From positions 29,840 to 93,839 of IMG/VR virus record IMGVR_UViG_2595698521_000001: a DNA stretch of 64,000 bases; one strand, 5' to 3'. The notes below the pieces were generated by a model. The model was not told the origin of the DNA. It saw nothing but the letters and a program-made list of their open reading frames with translations, and made no database searches. The first letter of the stretch is position 1. Every line of letters begins with the position of its first letter. Made by a program: the position numbers and the translations under genes. The stretch comes from a virus (taxonomy: Duplodnaviria > Caudoviricetes). Positions 48,365 to 58,052 of this stretch are shown here, in pieces.

Positions 48365-49311
48365 TTACCAACACTCACTTTCCCTTTAATAGTTGGGTGC
48401 GGGTCGTAACCATCAATTACGAAATTATCCATTGTGAAATCATCAATGCTTGCTACATGACCAACAATCTTCAGCTCCGGTAAAACTTTAGTAATTCGTC
48501 TTGTCTGTTCCTGTACTTGCGGTATATGATTCTTGTAAATATGAGCGTCACCGATTGTGTGAATGAAGTCTCCTACTTCCAGTCCGCACAAATGCGCAAT
48601 AATATGTGTAAGTAATGCGTATGAAGCAATGTTAAATGGAATTCCTAAGAATACGTCACCGCTTCGTTGGTACAATTGGCAACTTAGCTTTCCATCAACT
48701 GATACGTAAAACTGGAATAGAGTGTGACAAGGCGGTAGTGCCATATCATCTAAGTCAGCAGGATTCCAAGCAGACACAATATGTCTGCGTCCGTAAGGGT
48801 CTTTCATAATAGATTCTATTACATTAGCTATTTGGTCAATCGTTTCTTTCTGTCCTCGTATCATATCGACAACTTCACCATCACTACATTCCGTAGGTTC
48901 TTCATCCCAAACATTTACCTTAGTCCAACTTCTCCATTGTTTCCCGTAAATCGGACCGAGTTCTCCAAGATCACCTACATCTATTCCGTTTAGAATGCAG
49001 TATTCGAATCTCTCTTCTGACATAGTAGAATCCGGATACTTCGTTTTGTGCCATCTATAAGCATCTGCATCCCATATGTGAATGTTGTTATCTACTAATT
49101 CCTTTATGTTTGTATTTCCGGATAAGAACCATAATAATTCTCCGGCAATTAATCGGAAAGGAACACGTTTAGTTGTCATAAGTGGGAATCCTTGTGAAAG
49201 GTCGTATCTCATTTGGTATCCGAATATCCCTATCGTTCCTGTACCTGTTCTGTCCGGTCTTTCTTCCCCGTTTTTCATTACTGATTCACATAAATCTAAA
49301 TACTGTTTCAT
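48361..49311 (-). CDS. thyA: Thymidylate synthase
   Basis: [42 protein letters not shown] and GDAHIY. Confidence 0.97.
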   Translation of the reverse strand: MKQYLDLCESVMKNGEERPDRTGTGTIGIFGYQMRYDLSQGFPLMTTKRVPFRLIAGELLWFLSGNTNIKELVDNNIHIWDADAYRWHKTKYPDSTMSEERFEYCILNGIDVGDLGELGPIYGKQWRSWTKVNVWDEEPTECSDGEVVDMIRGQKETIDQIANVIESIMKDPYGRRHIVSAWNPADLDDMALPPCHTLFQFYVSVDGKLSCQLYQRSGDVFLGIPFNIASYALLTHIIAHLCGLEVGDFIHTIGDAHIYKNHIPQVQEQTRRITKVLPELKIVGHVASIDDFTMDNFVIDGYDPHPTIKGKVSVGK

Positions 49312-49763
49312 TAGTCGTTTACCTCCACGTATTTTATGAATGCTACAGGATATAATCCGTCACTTCTATGATGTCGCATATTGTACTCCCAACAGTTTAC
49401 TTCCCAACCGCCTAATGTCATGTTGTTGTACTCGTCCGAATCAACTATCTGCTGTTTAAAGTGAGGTTGTCTATCATCACCATATTTGTGTTCCATTTCT
49501 ATAGGGATATTGACTTTATTTAGTACTGCTTTCTTCCCTAGCTTGTCGGTACTTCCTGTATATAGTTTGTACTCAACTGATACTGTACCATTCTGTGCTA
49601 ACATCTTTCCGAATGCTTCGAAATCCATTTCTATTTCAGCAATTACTAATCCGGAAAGTACATCTTCAAATTGTAAGAAGACTGTCTCTCCATCACCACT
49701 ATTTATTACTGACTGTCTTAGTTTCCCAACTGCTTGCATTCTCTTTCCTACTGTCTTAGCCAC
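49311..49763 (-). CDS. Hypothetical protein
   Basis: Coupled to thyA. Confidence 0.6.
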   Translation of the reverse strand: MAKTVGKRMQAVGKLRQSVINSGDGETVFLQFEDVLSGLVIAEIEMDFEAFGKMLAQNGTVSVEYKLYTGSTDKLGKKAVLNKVNIPIEMEHKYGDDRQPHFKQQIVDSDEYNNMTLGGWEVNCWEYNMRHHRSDGLYPVAFIKYVEVND

Positions 49764-49819
49764 TTCGTTTCCCCGCTTTCTGTCAAAATTAAGAGGAAGC
49801 TTTCGCTCCCTCTCCCTGT

Positions 49820-50143
49820 TTACTTATGCTCTTTACCACACACGGTACAATAGTTTGTTCCACGTTCTAGTTTCTGCGTAAGTTTTCCGCAACAATGCTT
49901 TTCTCCGAATCTATTGTATAGAGTTTGGAATGCCTGTTGTTTCCCCTCGTCACTTACTAAGGCTTTATGGATTTCTATGTAGCATTCTTCTTGACAGGTT
50001 GCTTTGCATCCAACTGGACACGTCATCGTTGGGTCGCCATCATAGTATCTTTTTAAGAAGTCTTTAACTTTTTTGGAGCTGATTTTCTTCTTTTCTATAG
50101 AAGTCTTCAGCTCCTTTTCAATTTTGTCTTCTGACTTAGCCAT
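49820..50143 (-). CDS. Cys-rich hypothetical protein
   Basis: CPVGC..C...C and CCG...YCTVCG. Confidence 0.6.
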   Translation of the reverse strand: MAKSEDKIEKELKTSIEKKKISSKKVKDFLKRYYDGDPTMTCPVGCKATCQEECYIEIHKALVSDEGKQQAFQTLYNRFGEKHCCGKLTQKLERGTNYCTVCGKEHK

Positions 50144-50226
50144 AGCTTCGGAAAGGATAGAATACTCATCCTCCGCAATTATACTTGTTGGAGAAGAAGA
50201 AAGGAGGGTTGAACCCTTCTTCTCGC

Positions 50227-51264
50227 TTACTCCCCCTCTTCTTCGTCTAACTCGATGTCTCCGTTTTCTACTCCTTCGACAATACGAGCGATTAACGCTT
50301 GCTTCTTACCTTTAGTAGACATTCCGTGTTCTGATAAGATATCAGCTAGTTCATCTACTTCCATATCATTTAATCCTAATTGTTCCGCAAGGTCTTCAGA
50401 CTCTTCTTCTTCGTCCTCGTCCTCACCATCCCATTCAGTTAGGAACTGCTCAATAGCATCTTCTTTCTTCTTAGCTGTTACCTTGATGTCGAACTCTTTC
50501 GCTAATGCTTTGATTTCTTTTAGGTTTAGGTCTTGCAGGTCAACCGTCACTTCTTCTTCGTCCTCATCTTCGTAAGTGATAGTTGTTGCTGATTCTTCTG
50601 TTTCTTCCTCTTCAGTTTCCTCTTCCTCTTCTTCACCAAGATTTTCTTCGATGAATTCGATTAGGCGCTCTTTGTATGCTGAAGCTTTTTCAGTTTTCTT
50701 CTTCTTAGGTGCTTCTTCATCTAAGTTTTCCGCAATGAAGTCTTTTAATTCCGCAACTGACATTTCTTCAAGGTCAACGCCTTCTTCATCGTCTTCCTCT
50801 TCTTCTTCTGTTTCTTCTGCATCTTCTTCTTCCTCTTCAGCAGAATCATCATTTACATCATCAGCATCTTCATTTTCTTCCTCATCCTCTTCACCTGCTT
50901 CTTCAAGGATAAGAGCAATTAATTCAGCTTTCTTCGGTTTAGAACCTAATTCCGAGATATCAACTTCTAATTCTTTCGCAAGCTTTTTAAGTTTAGGAAT
51001 AGTTAATGTTTCAATATCAACTTCCTTACCTTCGAACTCAATCATAACAACATCCGTTTCAACTTCTTCCGCAACTTCTTCCTTTGCAGGAGCTTTTTTA
51101 GCTGAAGACTTCACTTCTGATTTAACAACTTCATCAACGCTTGGTGCTGTACCTGCTAATGCGAATAACTGCTCTGCTAAATGTAAGTGGCTAGTTCCGA
51201 TTGATTTGAACTCCCCTGCGATTACCTCGATTAATTCTTTTGATACTTTAATTTCGTTTGCCAT
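50227..51264 (-). CDS. Very acidic protein with four SAP/Rho-N-like helix-extension-helix modules
   Basis: LTIPKLKKLAKEL, MSVAELKDF, LNLKEIKALAKEF and MEVDELADILSEHGMSTKGKKQALIARI, separated by E/D tracts. Confidence 0.72.
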   Translation of the reverse strand: MANEIKVSKELIEVIAGEFKSIGTSHLHLAEQLFALAGTAPSVDEVVKSEVKSSAKKAPAKEEVAEEVETDVVMIEFEGKEVDIETLTIPKLKKLAKELEVDISELGSKPKKAELIALILEEAGEEDEEENEDADDVNDDSAEEEEEDAEETEEEEEDDEEGVDLEEMSVAELKDFIAENLDEEAPKKKKTEKASAYKERLIEFIEENLGEEEEEETEEEETEESATTITYEDEDEEEVTVDLQDLNLKEIKALAKEFDIKVTAKKKEDAIEQFLTEWDGEDEDEEEESEDLAEQLGLNDMEVDELADILSEHGMSTKGKKQALIARIVEGVENGDIELDEEEGE

Positions 51265-51307
51265 TTGTAATTCCTCCAATAGTTTTTTATAGTTTTTATT
51301 TTATAGG

Positions 51308-51454
51308 AAGCAGTTGCGTTCCACGGGCAAGGACTTCCACATCCTTAACCTTGAAACATAACTAGTTGGTTTGTATTCCCTCATCTATCGTGTGAAAAAC
51401 AGAAAGGAAGATATTAGCGGAAGATTTCTCTTCCCCGTGAAACGCAACTTGCTT
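51308..51454 (-). ncRNA. Candidate structured leader RNA
   Basis: ~20-bp closing stem, internal GGAAGA-GAAA-UCUUCC hairpin, and an upstream TTGACA-N17-TAAACT promoter. Confidence 0.55.
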
Positions 51455-51522
51455 TTATCGGTAGAACTTAACTTTCTAACGTAAGTTTATCATTCATGGA
51501 AAGTGGTGTCAATCCTTTATTT

Positions 51523-52050
51523 TTACGACTTTTCAGACCATGCTTTACGTATAGCTTCAACGTGGGATACTAATTCCCTTATTACTTTAACACCTGTCTC
51601 ATCCTTCACTCTAAGCTTTTCTAATGAAAGGATATTGTGAATCTCGTTGACGCTGTTATTGACTCTTTCTATCTTAGCAAGAATATCCACATAGTCAATC
51701 ATATGATTTTTAACTTCGTGCATACCGTATGAATGTCCATCTTCCCACGCAATTATATAGAAGTCTTCCACTAAAGGAGTAAGTGGGTTAATACCTAATT
51801 CCTCGTACATGTTGCGCTTGAACTCATCTATTTCTAATGCTTGCTTCTTTCTTCTAAGTTGAGTCTTCTTATTTGCTAATTCCTTTTTACGGTCTTCAGC
51901 TTCTTTTGCTTCCCTGCGCTTTTGTTCCAATTCTTTCTTTGCGATACCTTCATGAACTTCTAATGACTTTAATTCCTCATCTATTGCACTAATGGAATCC
52001 AACTTCTTTTCCGGCTCTTTTTTAGCTGATTTTTTAACCATTTTTAGCAC
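51523..52050 (-). CDS. Hypothetical coiled-coil protein
   Basis: K/E-rich coil followed by AWEDGHSYG. Confidence 0.6.
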   Translation of the reverse strand: MLKMVKKSAKKEPEKKLDSISAIDEELKSLEVHEGIAKKELEQKRREAKEAEDRKKELANKKTQLRRKKQALEIDEFKRNMYEELGINPLTPLVEDFYIIAWEDGHSYGMHEVKNHMIDYVDILAKIERVNNSVNEIHNILSLEKLRVKDETGVKVIRELVSHVEAIRKAWSEKS

Positions 52051-52054
52051 CCTT

Positions 52055-52100
52055 TCAGTATATATTATATATATTACTTATTATTTAAAAGATATAGCGA
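52055..52100. repeat. AT-rich element, copy 3
   Basis: Contains TCAGTATATATTATATATA. Confidence 0.8.
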
Positions 52101-52216
52101 ATCATACCTAGAACAAGATCACCGAATAATGCGATTAGGGATAGAAGTGCAGTTATGATAAACCACACTCTATTCTCCTTCTCTTCTTTAGCTTTCATTA
52201 CTTCATAGTTCCACAT
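52085..52216 (-). CDS. Small membrane protein (43 aa, not in the ORF track)
   Basis: MWNYEVMK...VWFIITALLSLIALFG; overlaps the upstream stop codon. Confidence 0.55.
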   Translation of the reverse strand: MWNYEVMKAKEEKENRVWFIITALLSLIALFGDLVLGMIRYIF

Positions 52217-53214
52217 CATTTCTTTAGTCCTCGCTCCAATACTTTTCCGGCTTGTACTTCCACCTCTAAGCGTTGGTCGAACGGTAAAGACTGACTTGCA
52301 TGTGTCATAGCGTTAACCACGTGGAACAGGCTATCTCCGTACTCTGAATTTAGACTTGATTTAAGCGTGTCTTCAAATTTCTTCGAGTACTTTTCTTTCT
52401 TCGCTAATTCCTCAATCATCTTCATAGGGTTATCAATACGTACATCTTTTGAGCGGGCGAATTTATCAACTACTTCGTCACCGATTTGCATAGCTTTTCC
52501 GATAGCAGTTGCAACTCGTCCCTCCATTTCATTCTGCGTAAGGTGGATATGACGTTGCATCATTAAGCTTTCCCCATTAATTCTGCTCACCATTCCGTTC
52601 TCACATACAAGACGATAGATACATGAATCAATTCGTAAAGAACTTGCTCCTACCTCACTGTTAGTAATGTGTACTCCTACAAATACATCGTCACGGTTTT
52701 GTAGACTTCCGATATTGACGTTTAACTGCGGGAATAACAACCGTACATTGAAATGTGTAGGTGATAAGTCAAAGTTACTAATTCGTACAGCAGAACCTCT
52801 ATCCAGTACGTTATCTAGCATATTAAATACGAAACTATTATCAAGCTGTACGTATTTATCAGAAAGTAGACCACGTAACTCTCTTCCTTTAGTACGTAAC
52901 ATCCAATCTTTATCTTCCGGCTGTTCTCGTAACCAATAATTTATATTCTCCGCTAATAACTGCGGGCTTTGTTCCATTAACTTCTTAGCATATTTAACAG
53001 GTACTCCAAGACGTGTCGCTAATTGACCTAAAGCGTAATCGTTCGGGTTCAGGTTATTAATTAATGTAGATGGCATAAACTTATCTTCCGCAATTGCTCC
53101 CGTGCTTGTCATAGTTAAAGCTTTAGGATTCATAGTAAAGTCTTGCTTACCAATATCATCATTTTGGACAACTTCAATTACGTCCGTCCATTTTCTTTCC
53201 CCACGTAGATTCAT
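52216..53214 (-). CDS. DUF932-family protein
   Basis: RGLLSDKY..LDN, G.HITNSEVG.SSL, YRLVCENG and L.HVVNAMT. Confidence 0.8.
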   Translation of the reverse strand: MNLRGERKWTDVIEVVQNDDIGKQDFTMNPKALTMTSTGAIAEDKFMPSTLINNLNPNDYALGQLATRLGVPVKYAKKLMEQSPQLLAENINYWLREQPEDKDWMLRTKGRELRGLLSDKYVQLDNSFVFNMLDNVLDRGSAVRISNFDLSPTHFNVRLLFPQLNVNIGSLQNRDDVFVGVHITNSEVGASSLRIDSCIYRLVCENGMVSRINGESLMMQRHIHLTQNEMEGRVATAIGKAMQIGDEVVDKFARSKDVRIDNPMKMIEELAKKEKYSKKFEDTLKSSLNSEYGDSLFHVVNAMTHASQSLPFDQRLEVEVQAGKVLERGLKK

Positions 53215-53373
53215 ATTTTATTCCTCCTAGTTATGTTGGTGTGTTGCTTACGAGATTCATATTACAGCATTAGTTGGTAATAGTCAAATTGTTAGTTGGT
53301 AGAAGTAAAGTGGACCGATTTTTATACCTGATAAAAGTTAAATTACATTACCATCATATCCTTAAAAATGGAC

Positions 53374-53457
53374 AAAGAAAAAGAACGTCCTGTGCGGGGA
53401 CGCTCTGATTCTAAAAAGATAACAACATATTATTTAATAGTATAGCTTTCGCTACCC
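53374..53457 (-). ncRNA. Putative small RNA, unit 3
   Basis: 5' GGGUAGC-GAAA-GCUAUACUA, a variable middle, then terminator AGAGCGUCC..GGACGUUCU plus U tract. Confidence 0.6.
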
Positions 53458-53494
53458 AACAATTACTATACTACTAATTTATATCCGGTTATCA

Positions 53495-53570
53495 GAGAGA
53501 AAGAGTCCATTTTGTGAACTCTAACTTTAAGTGTAGGAATGTGTTTGTTTTAGTATGGATTGCTCCACCC
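53495..53570 (-). ncRNA. Putative small RNA, unit 2
   Basis: 5' GGGUGGA-GCAA-UCCAUACUA, promoter TTGCTC-N17-TAGAAT, and hairpin AGAGUUCA..UGGACUCU plus UUCUCU. Confidence 0.6.
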
Positions 53571-53594
53571 GAAATGTATTCTACTATAAATGCA

Positions 53595-53680
53595 GAAAAA
53601 GAGCAACCATCCCTGTAATGGTTACTCAATTCCTACGAAAACAAAAGGTTTATTTTATTTTAGTATGGCTTTCGCCACCC
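53595..53680 (-). ncRNA. Putative small RNA, unit 1
   Basis: 5' GGGUGGC-GAAA-GCCAUACUA, promoter TTTACA-N17-TAAACT, and terminator GAGUAACCAU..AUGGUUGCUC plus UUUUU. Confidence 0.65.
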
Positions 53681-53689
53681 ACGTATAGT

Positions 53690-54013
53690 TTACTTGATGC
53701 TGTTCTTTTTGTAAAGGTAATCAATATATCCGATGATGTTCTGAATCTTATTAGCTAACATAAACACGCTACCTAATTTAACTCGCTCATCTTCAGTAAA
53801 TGTTAACACTTTACTTTTAACAAGGTTCGCTCCTGTAACATCCACTTCATTTAGATGTGCTGTTAATAGTGTACGATATCCACGTAATTCACCGACATTT
53901 TTCCCTTCAAAGAAAGTCGCTACTTCAAAGAAAGGCATATCAATCAGTTCTTTTGTAGACTCTACAGCCAACTTCATATCCGATTGCGCTTGCTTCAGTT
54001 CTTCTTTATTCAT
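53690..54013 (-). CDS. Hypothetical helical protein immediately upstream of the sRNA array
   Basis: RBS AGGAGGT; its stop codon lies 10 nt before unit 1. Confidence 0.7.
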   Translation of the reverse strand: MNKEELKQAQSDMKLAVESTKELIDMPFFEVATFFEGKNVGELRGYRTLLTAHLNEVDVTGANLVKSKVLTFTEDERVKLGSVFMLANKIQNIIGYIDYLYKKNSIK

Positions 54014-54094
54014 TTTGTTACCTCCTACGTTAATTATTACTCACTCTTACAAATTGAAAAATATACTCGTTCCTTAATATACACGGGTTTTCGG

Positions 54095-54641
54095 TTAGTG
54101 TAAAGTTTCTTCTTCAGCTACAACTCTAAAAATACCATTCTCTACTACTATTGCGTATTTTAAATTAGAAACATTCACTACACTATTCTCCGGTACTTGA
54201 AACTCACCATCGAACTGTGTATGTGCAATATAAGCTAACACACTTTCTAATGCATTAGCTCTTATTGTCTCTGTATTGCGTTCCTGCTCCAAACGTTTTA
54301 CCTGGTCTTCCAACATCTTTATCTTCATATTAATAATGCTATCGTGGAAGCTCATCTTTTATATCCTCTACCGCAATAACATACTCATCTATTTCTTCAT
54401 AAGTAACAAGCTTTGTATTTTTCGGCATCCCTTCCATTATTAATTGATTAGGGATTCTTATTTCTCTTTGTGGGTTAGAATTAGCGATAATGCCAATAAT
54501 AGCAAGAGCATTTTCATAATTTTCCTCCGCTTTCTGTCTAGCTCTCTTTTCCTCTGCAATTCTTTCACGTAATGCCTTGGATTCACTTTCCCACATTTCA
54601 GACGGGTGTTTATACATGTTCATTTCTCCTTTGCGCAACAT
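54095..54641 (-). CDS. Two tandem paralogous small proteins (54095-54355, 54339-54641)
   Basis: Both have a coiled coil, then (N)AL..(I/V)...IA, then E(F/I).(V/I)P. Confidence 0.55.
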
Positions 54642-55033
54642 ATTTCATCGTGCGTGAATTTAATAGAAGGATTCTCTGCCGCAATTCTTTGCATAGCTCT
54701 AAATAGTTCCCAAAACATAGAGTCATGTTCCTTACCATCTTCAGCAAGGCGTTTCCAAAAAGGAATATAGCAATGCTGAATATGATGAGTTAGTTCATGA
54801 AGTCCTTCACGAATTAATACCGATTCATCATATTGATCACCGTTTTCGTCACGGTCATATATAACAATAAGTCTTTTATTTACATAGTATCTTGCCCAAT
54901 AATCTTCGCTATGTCCCCAAAACTCTAAATGAAAATCTCCTATATCGGAAATCTTTAAGAGTTTGTTGTATAGCTCCTGTTCCGTCATGCTGTTTTCAAC
55001 CCTTTCCGAATAATTGTTTCTCCTTATCTTCAA
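54620..55033 (-). CDS. Zincin-like metallopeptidase domain protein
   Basis: LHELTHH...EHDSMFW (HExxH plus H..F). Confidence 0.7.
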   Translation of the reverse strand: MKIRRNNYSERVENSMTEQELYNKLLKISDIGDFHLEFWGHSEDYWARYYVNKRLIVIYDRDENGDQYDESVLIREGLHELTHHIQHCYIPFWKRLAEDGKEHDSMFWELFRAMQRIAAENPSIKFTHDEICCAKEK

Positions 55034-55352
55034 TAAACTTTTCTATTATAGATATAGCTCTATCCTGCGTTTTACCACACTGTATTGATTCGGGCGTTAC
55101 TTGTTCCAATAAACTCATTACTTTCTCCAACTTACTTAATGGTACATGAACCATAACTTCCTGCTTCAGTTCGTGCGGTTGCATTTTAAAGTAGCTACAT
55201 AATTTAGCTTCATAATCCATAGGAATTGTTTTAGGGTCTTCTAACCACATTATAAACTCGTCCCTTTCAACTCCTAAATGTCTAGCTTGTACTTGCGCTG
55301 TAATTCCTCTTGCATCACCGAATTGTCTTGCTCGTGCTTCTAATAGATACAT
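54996..55352 (-). CDS. Possible Cro/C1-type HTH protein
   Basis: ARHLGVER..FIMWLE...P......KLCSYF; it has its own promoter. Confidence 0.5.
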   Translation of the reverse strand: MYLLEARARQFGDARGITAQVQARHLGVERDEFIMWLEDPKTIPMDYEAKLCSYFKMQPHELKQEVMVHVPLSKLEKVMSLLEQVTPESIQCGKTQDRAISIIEKFIEDKEKQLFGKG

Positions 55353-55448
55353 ACAAACAGCTCCTTTTGATTTGTTAATGCAATTGTACTTTTATCAAGT
55401 AAAAATGTCAATTTAACGTAATAAAAGCAGGATTTCTCCTGCTCTTAC

Positions 55449-58052
55449 CTACTTCTCTTTATATTCATCAATGATTGCTTTTACATTACTCTGCTGTATT
55501 GATGCGAATACCATGAAGTGGTCGATTGCTTCCTCCGTTGTAAGTAACATACTACTGAATGCAGTAGATTCCATACCGTTATGGAGAAATCTTATTTTAT
55601 AGTTAATCCCAAACTCCCCACTAGTAACGTCCCCGTCCTTTAGTGAGATATTATTAATACCTGTAATGATACATGGAGTTAGACTTCCATCATATACGTG
55701 TACTGCTTTATCTCCAATACCTAAACGCATAGCGAACGTAATGCTACGCTCTACTTTCTTAGGTGTTTCTTGTAGGTGAACACCTCTATGTCCATGTTCT
55801 TTCTCCGCTTCACGTATTTTCTCATACTCATGACGTATATCCGTGCGTACACCAACTTTTAGAATCTCATTCATAACCCCTACGATTTCTTTTCTTTTTT
55901 CACTCATTACCGCATTCCCTCCGCTCTTTTGCGCATACGCTCTAAATCTTCATGAAACTGTTCCATTGTCATTAACTCTGAATCTCGTGGATAGCATTGA
56001 TTACTCGTTCTAAGATTCCTTGCGCAATATACTATCCTACCGTTATCAAACTCTACTCTATCTAAACTGATAATAGATACTGGGACATAGCCGATAAAGT
56101 TTCCCCTATCGTCCCCGTGTGAATACATTAATATGTCCCCTCTATTATAAGTTTCAATAGTAACTTTACCTTCTTCGGGCTTTATCTTCCTATTTATGTT
56201 ACGGAAATTAAATATGTTGCGGATTTTCTCCATCATCTTAATCTTCCTACCCTTCTTCCCATAATCGTATACGGACTTACCTGCTGTTTCATGTGCATTT
56301 CAAGCAACTTCTTTTGATATGGTAATAAGTCTTTAGTTGCCATCTCCATAAACTGCTTCCGGAATTCTTCCTTTCCTTCCTTAGTAGGAGGTGGGACAAC
56401 GCAATTTTTATACTTATTCATCTGCGCTTACCTCTTCCCCTGCGACTGTTAACGAACTTATGGAACTCTTTACGCTCCTTTTGACGCTCCCGCTCAATTT
56501 CTGCACGGGTTTTAGGTGTCACTTCCTGAATTAGCTCCTTATCCATCTGCATAGCTATGTCCTGCATCATTTTAGCCATTGGGGACATTGCACTAAAGGA
56601 ATCTAATACGATTACTGCACCTTTAGATAATCCTTCAAATCCTTCTTGTAATCTCTTACTCATTTCATTCGTTCTTTCCAATGCTTCCTCAAACCACTTT
56701 TCGTTTTCAGTTCTTAGATTCATTTCGATATCTGATACCTCGATTAATTGATCACCATTGTTGTTCTGCATTAATTGTAATAACCCAGTATCAAACGTAA
56801 GATTCTTTCTTAATTGGTTAGGTACTACCGCTACTACTTTACTTCCTTCATGTCTTTCCATAGTTCTTTCCTCACTTTCTCAACTGATAGTACTCCATTT
56901 CCCCGTATACCTTCAATTACTTTATTCATTTCTAGTTGCATATCGTTGCATCTCTTCATGTGTGCCAGGTAATTTATATGTTGCTGATACGTTCTTACAA
57001 CTGTATGAGGTACGTCAAATTGCTCCAAACCGCTTACAGACGTAGCTATAATGGAATAATCGTGATAACGTCCTTTCAACTCAATACGATTGATAAGAGC
57101 AGGGACAAACGCAAACGTCCCTTTACCCTTTTCAATGAATACTAACTCCCCAACTGCGAATTTATAATGGTTATTACCATCCGATAGGTTAATAGCATCG
57201 ACTAATGTGTTCACTTTAATTCCTCCGCTCTTCTTTTGAAATCATCCATAGTAATAATAGCAGTTGCAGGAACTTTGATTACCTTATTACGCTTCCCTTC
57301 AGCTTGTGATATGTGAGCGACAAAAGGCATCTTTCTGTCCTTCTCAAAATCCAACTTCTCTACCTTATATAAACGATAGTTATTAGGTATTAACCTGTTT
57401 TCCAGTAATACAATATCCCCTTCAGTAACCGGCATTATTCAATTTCCCCTTTCTTACGTGCTTGCGCTTCTGCTCCACCGTCATTCACGTGATAAGATTG
57501 GAATTTAGGCTTATCTTCCCCACGTTTGAACATTTCTTCACGCTCGGCTTTGCGTTCCTCTTTCTTTTTTCTCTTCCCTTTTGGTTTAATACCTAATTTC
57601 TCATCCACTTCAGCAGGTGTTAAATCATCCTCTTCTTCCGGAATTTCGTCCTCTCCCATTACCCAAATATCTTCCGCTCCACCTTCCGAATACATATCCA
57701 ATAAGTTATGCTTAAACTCATTTACAAATCCTTCCAGTGTATATAGTTCGTTTTCAGTTACACAAAATGAATCACGGTCAATATTTCTTTCTGCGTCACG
57801 TCTTTTTTGTAAGTCGCTACGAGTATCTTTAGGCTTACCGACATATCTTACAATGTATCTCGCTTTAAATCCGTTCATCTCCGGCAAATTACCTTCAATT
57901 ACATCTTCATCTTTATACGTAGGTACGATTTCACGCAAGGCTTTCACGATTACACGAGACATAACGATTAGATTACCTTCCGCATCCTTTCTCACGTATA
58001 ATAATTTCGTTCCGTTTTCCCAAAGTGTTACCTCTTTTTTCATTGTTCCCAT
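55449..58052 (-). CDS. Operon of seven coupled small hypothetical genes (55449-55907, 55907-56236, 56233-56421, 56418-56861, 56834-57214, 57211-57435, 57435-58052)
   Basis: Overlapping start and stop codons; several begin with G(D/E)-hydrophobic strand, SH3/KOW-like motifs. Confidence 0.65.

Noticed and set aside
48361-49311. Intron or intein in thyA (also checked polA, dnaB, terL)
   Set aside because: The reading frames are continuous and of normal size.
53374-53720. CRISPR mini-array reading of the three repeats
   Set aside because: The repeats are only 20 nt and vary by covariation, the intervals are ~90 nt and contain terminators and promoters, and no cas genes are present.
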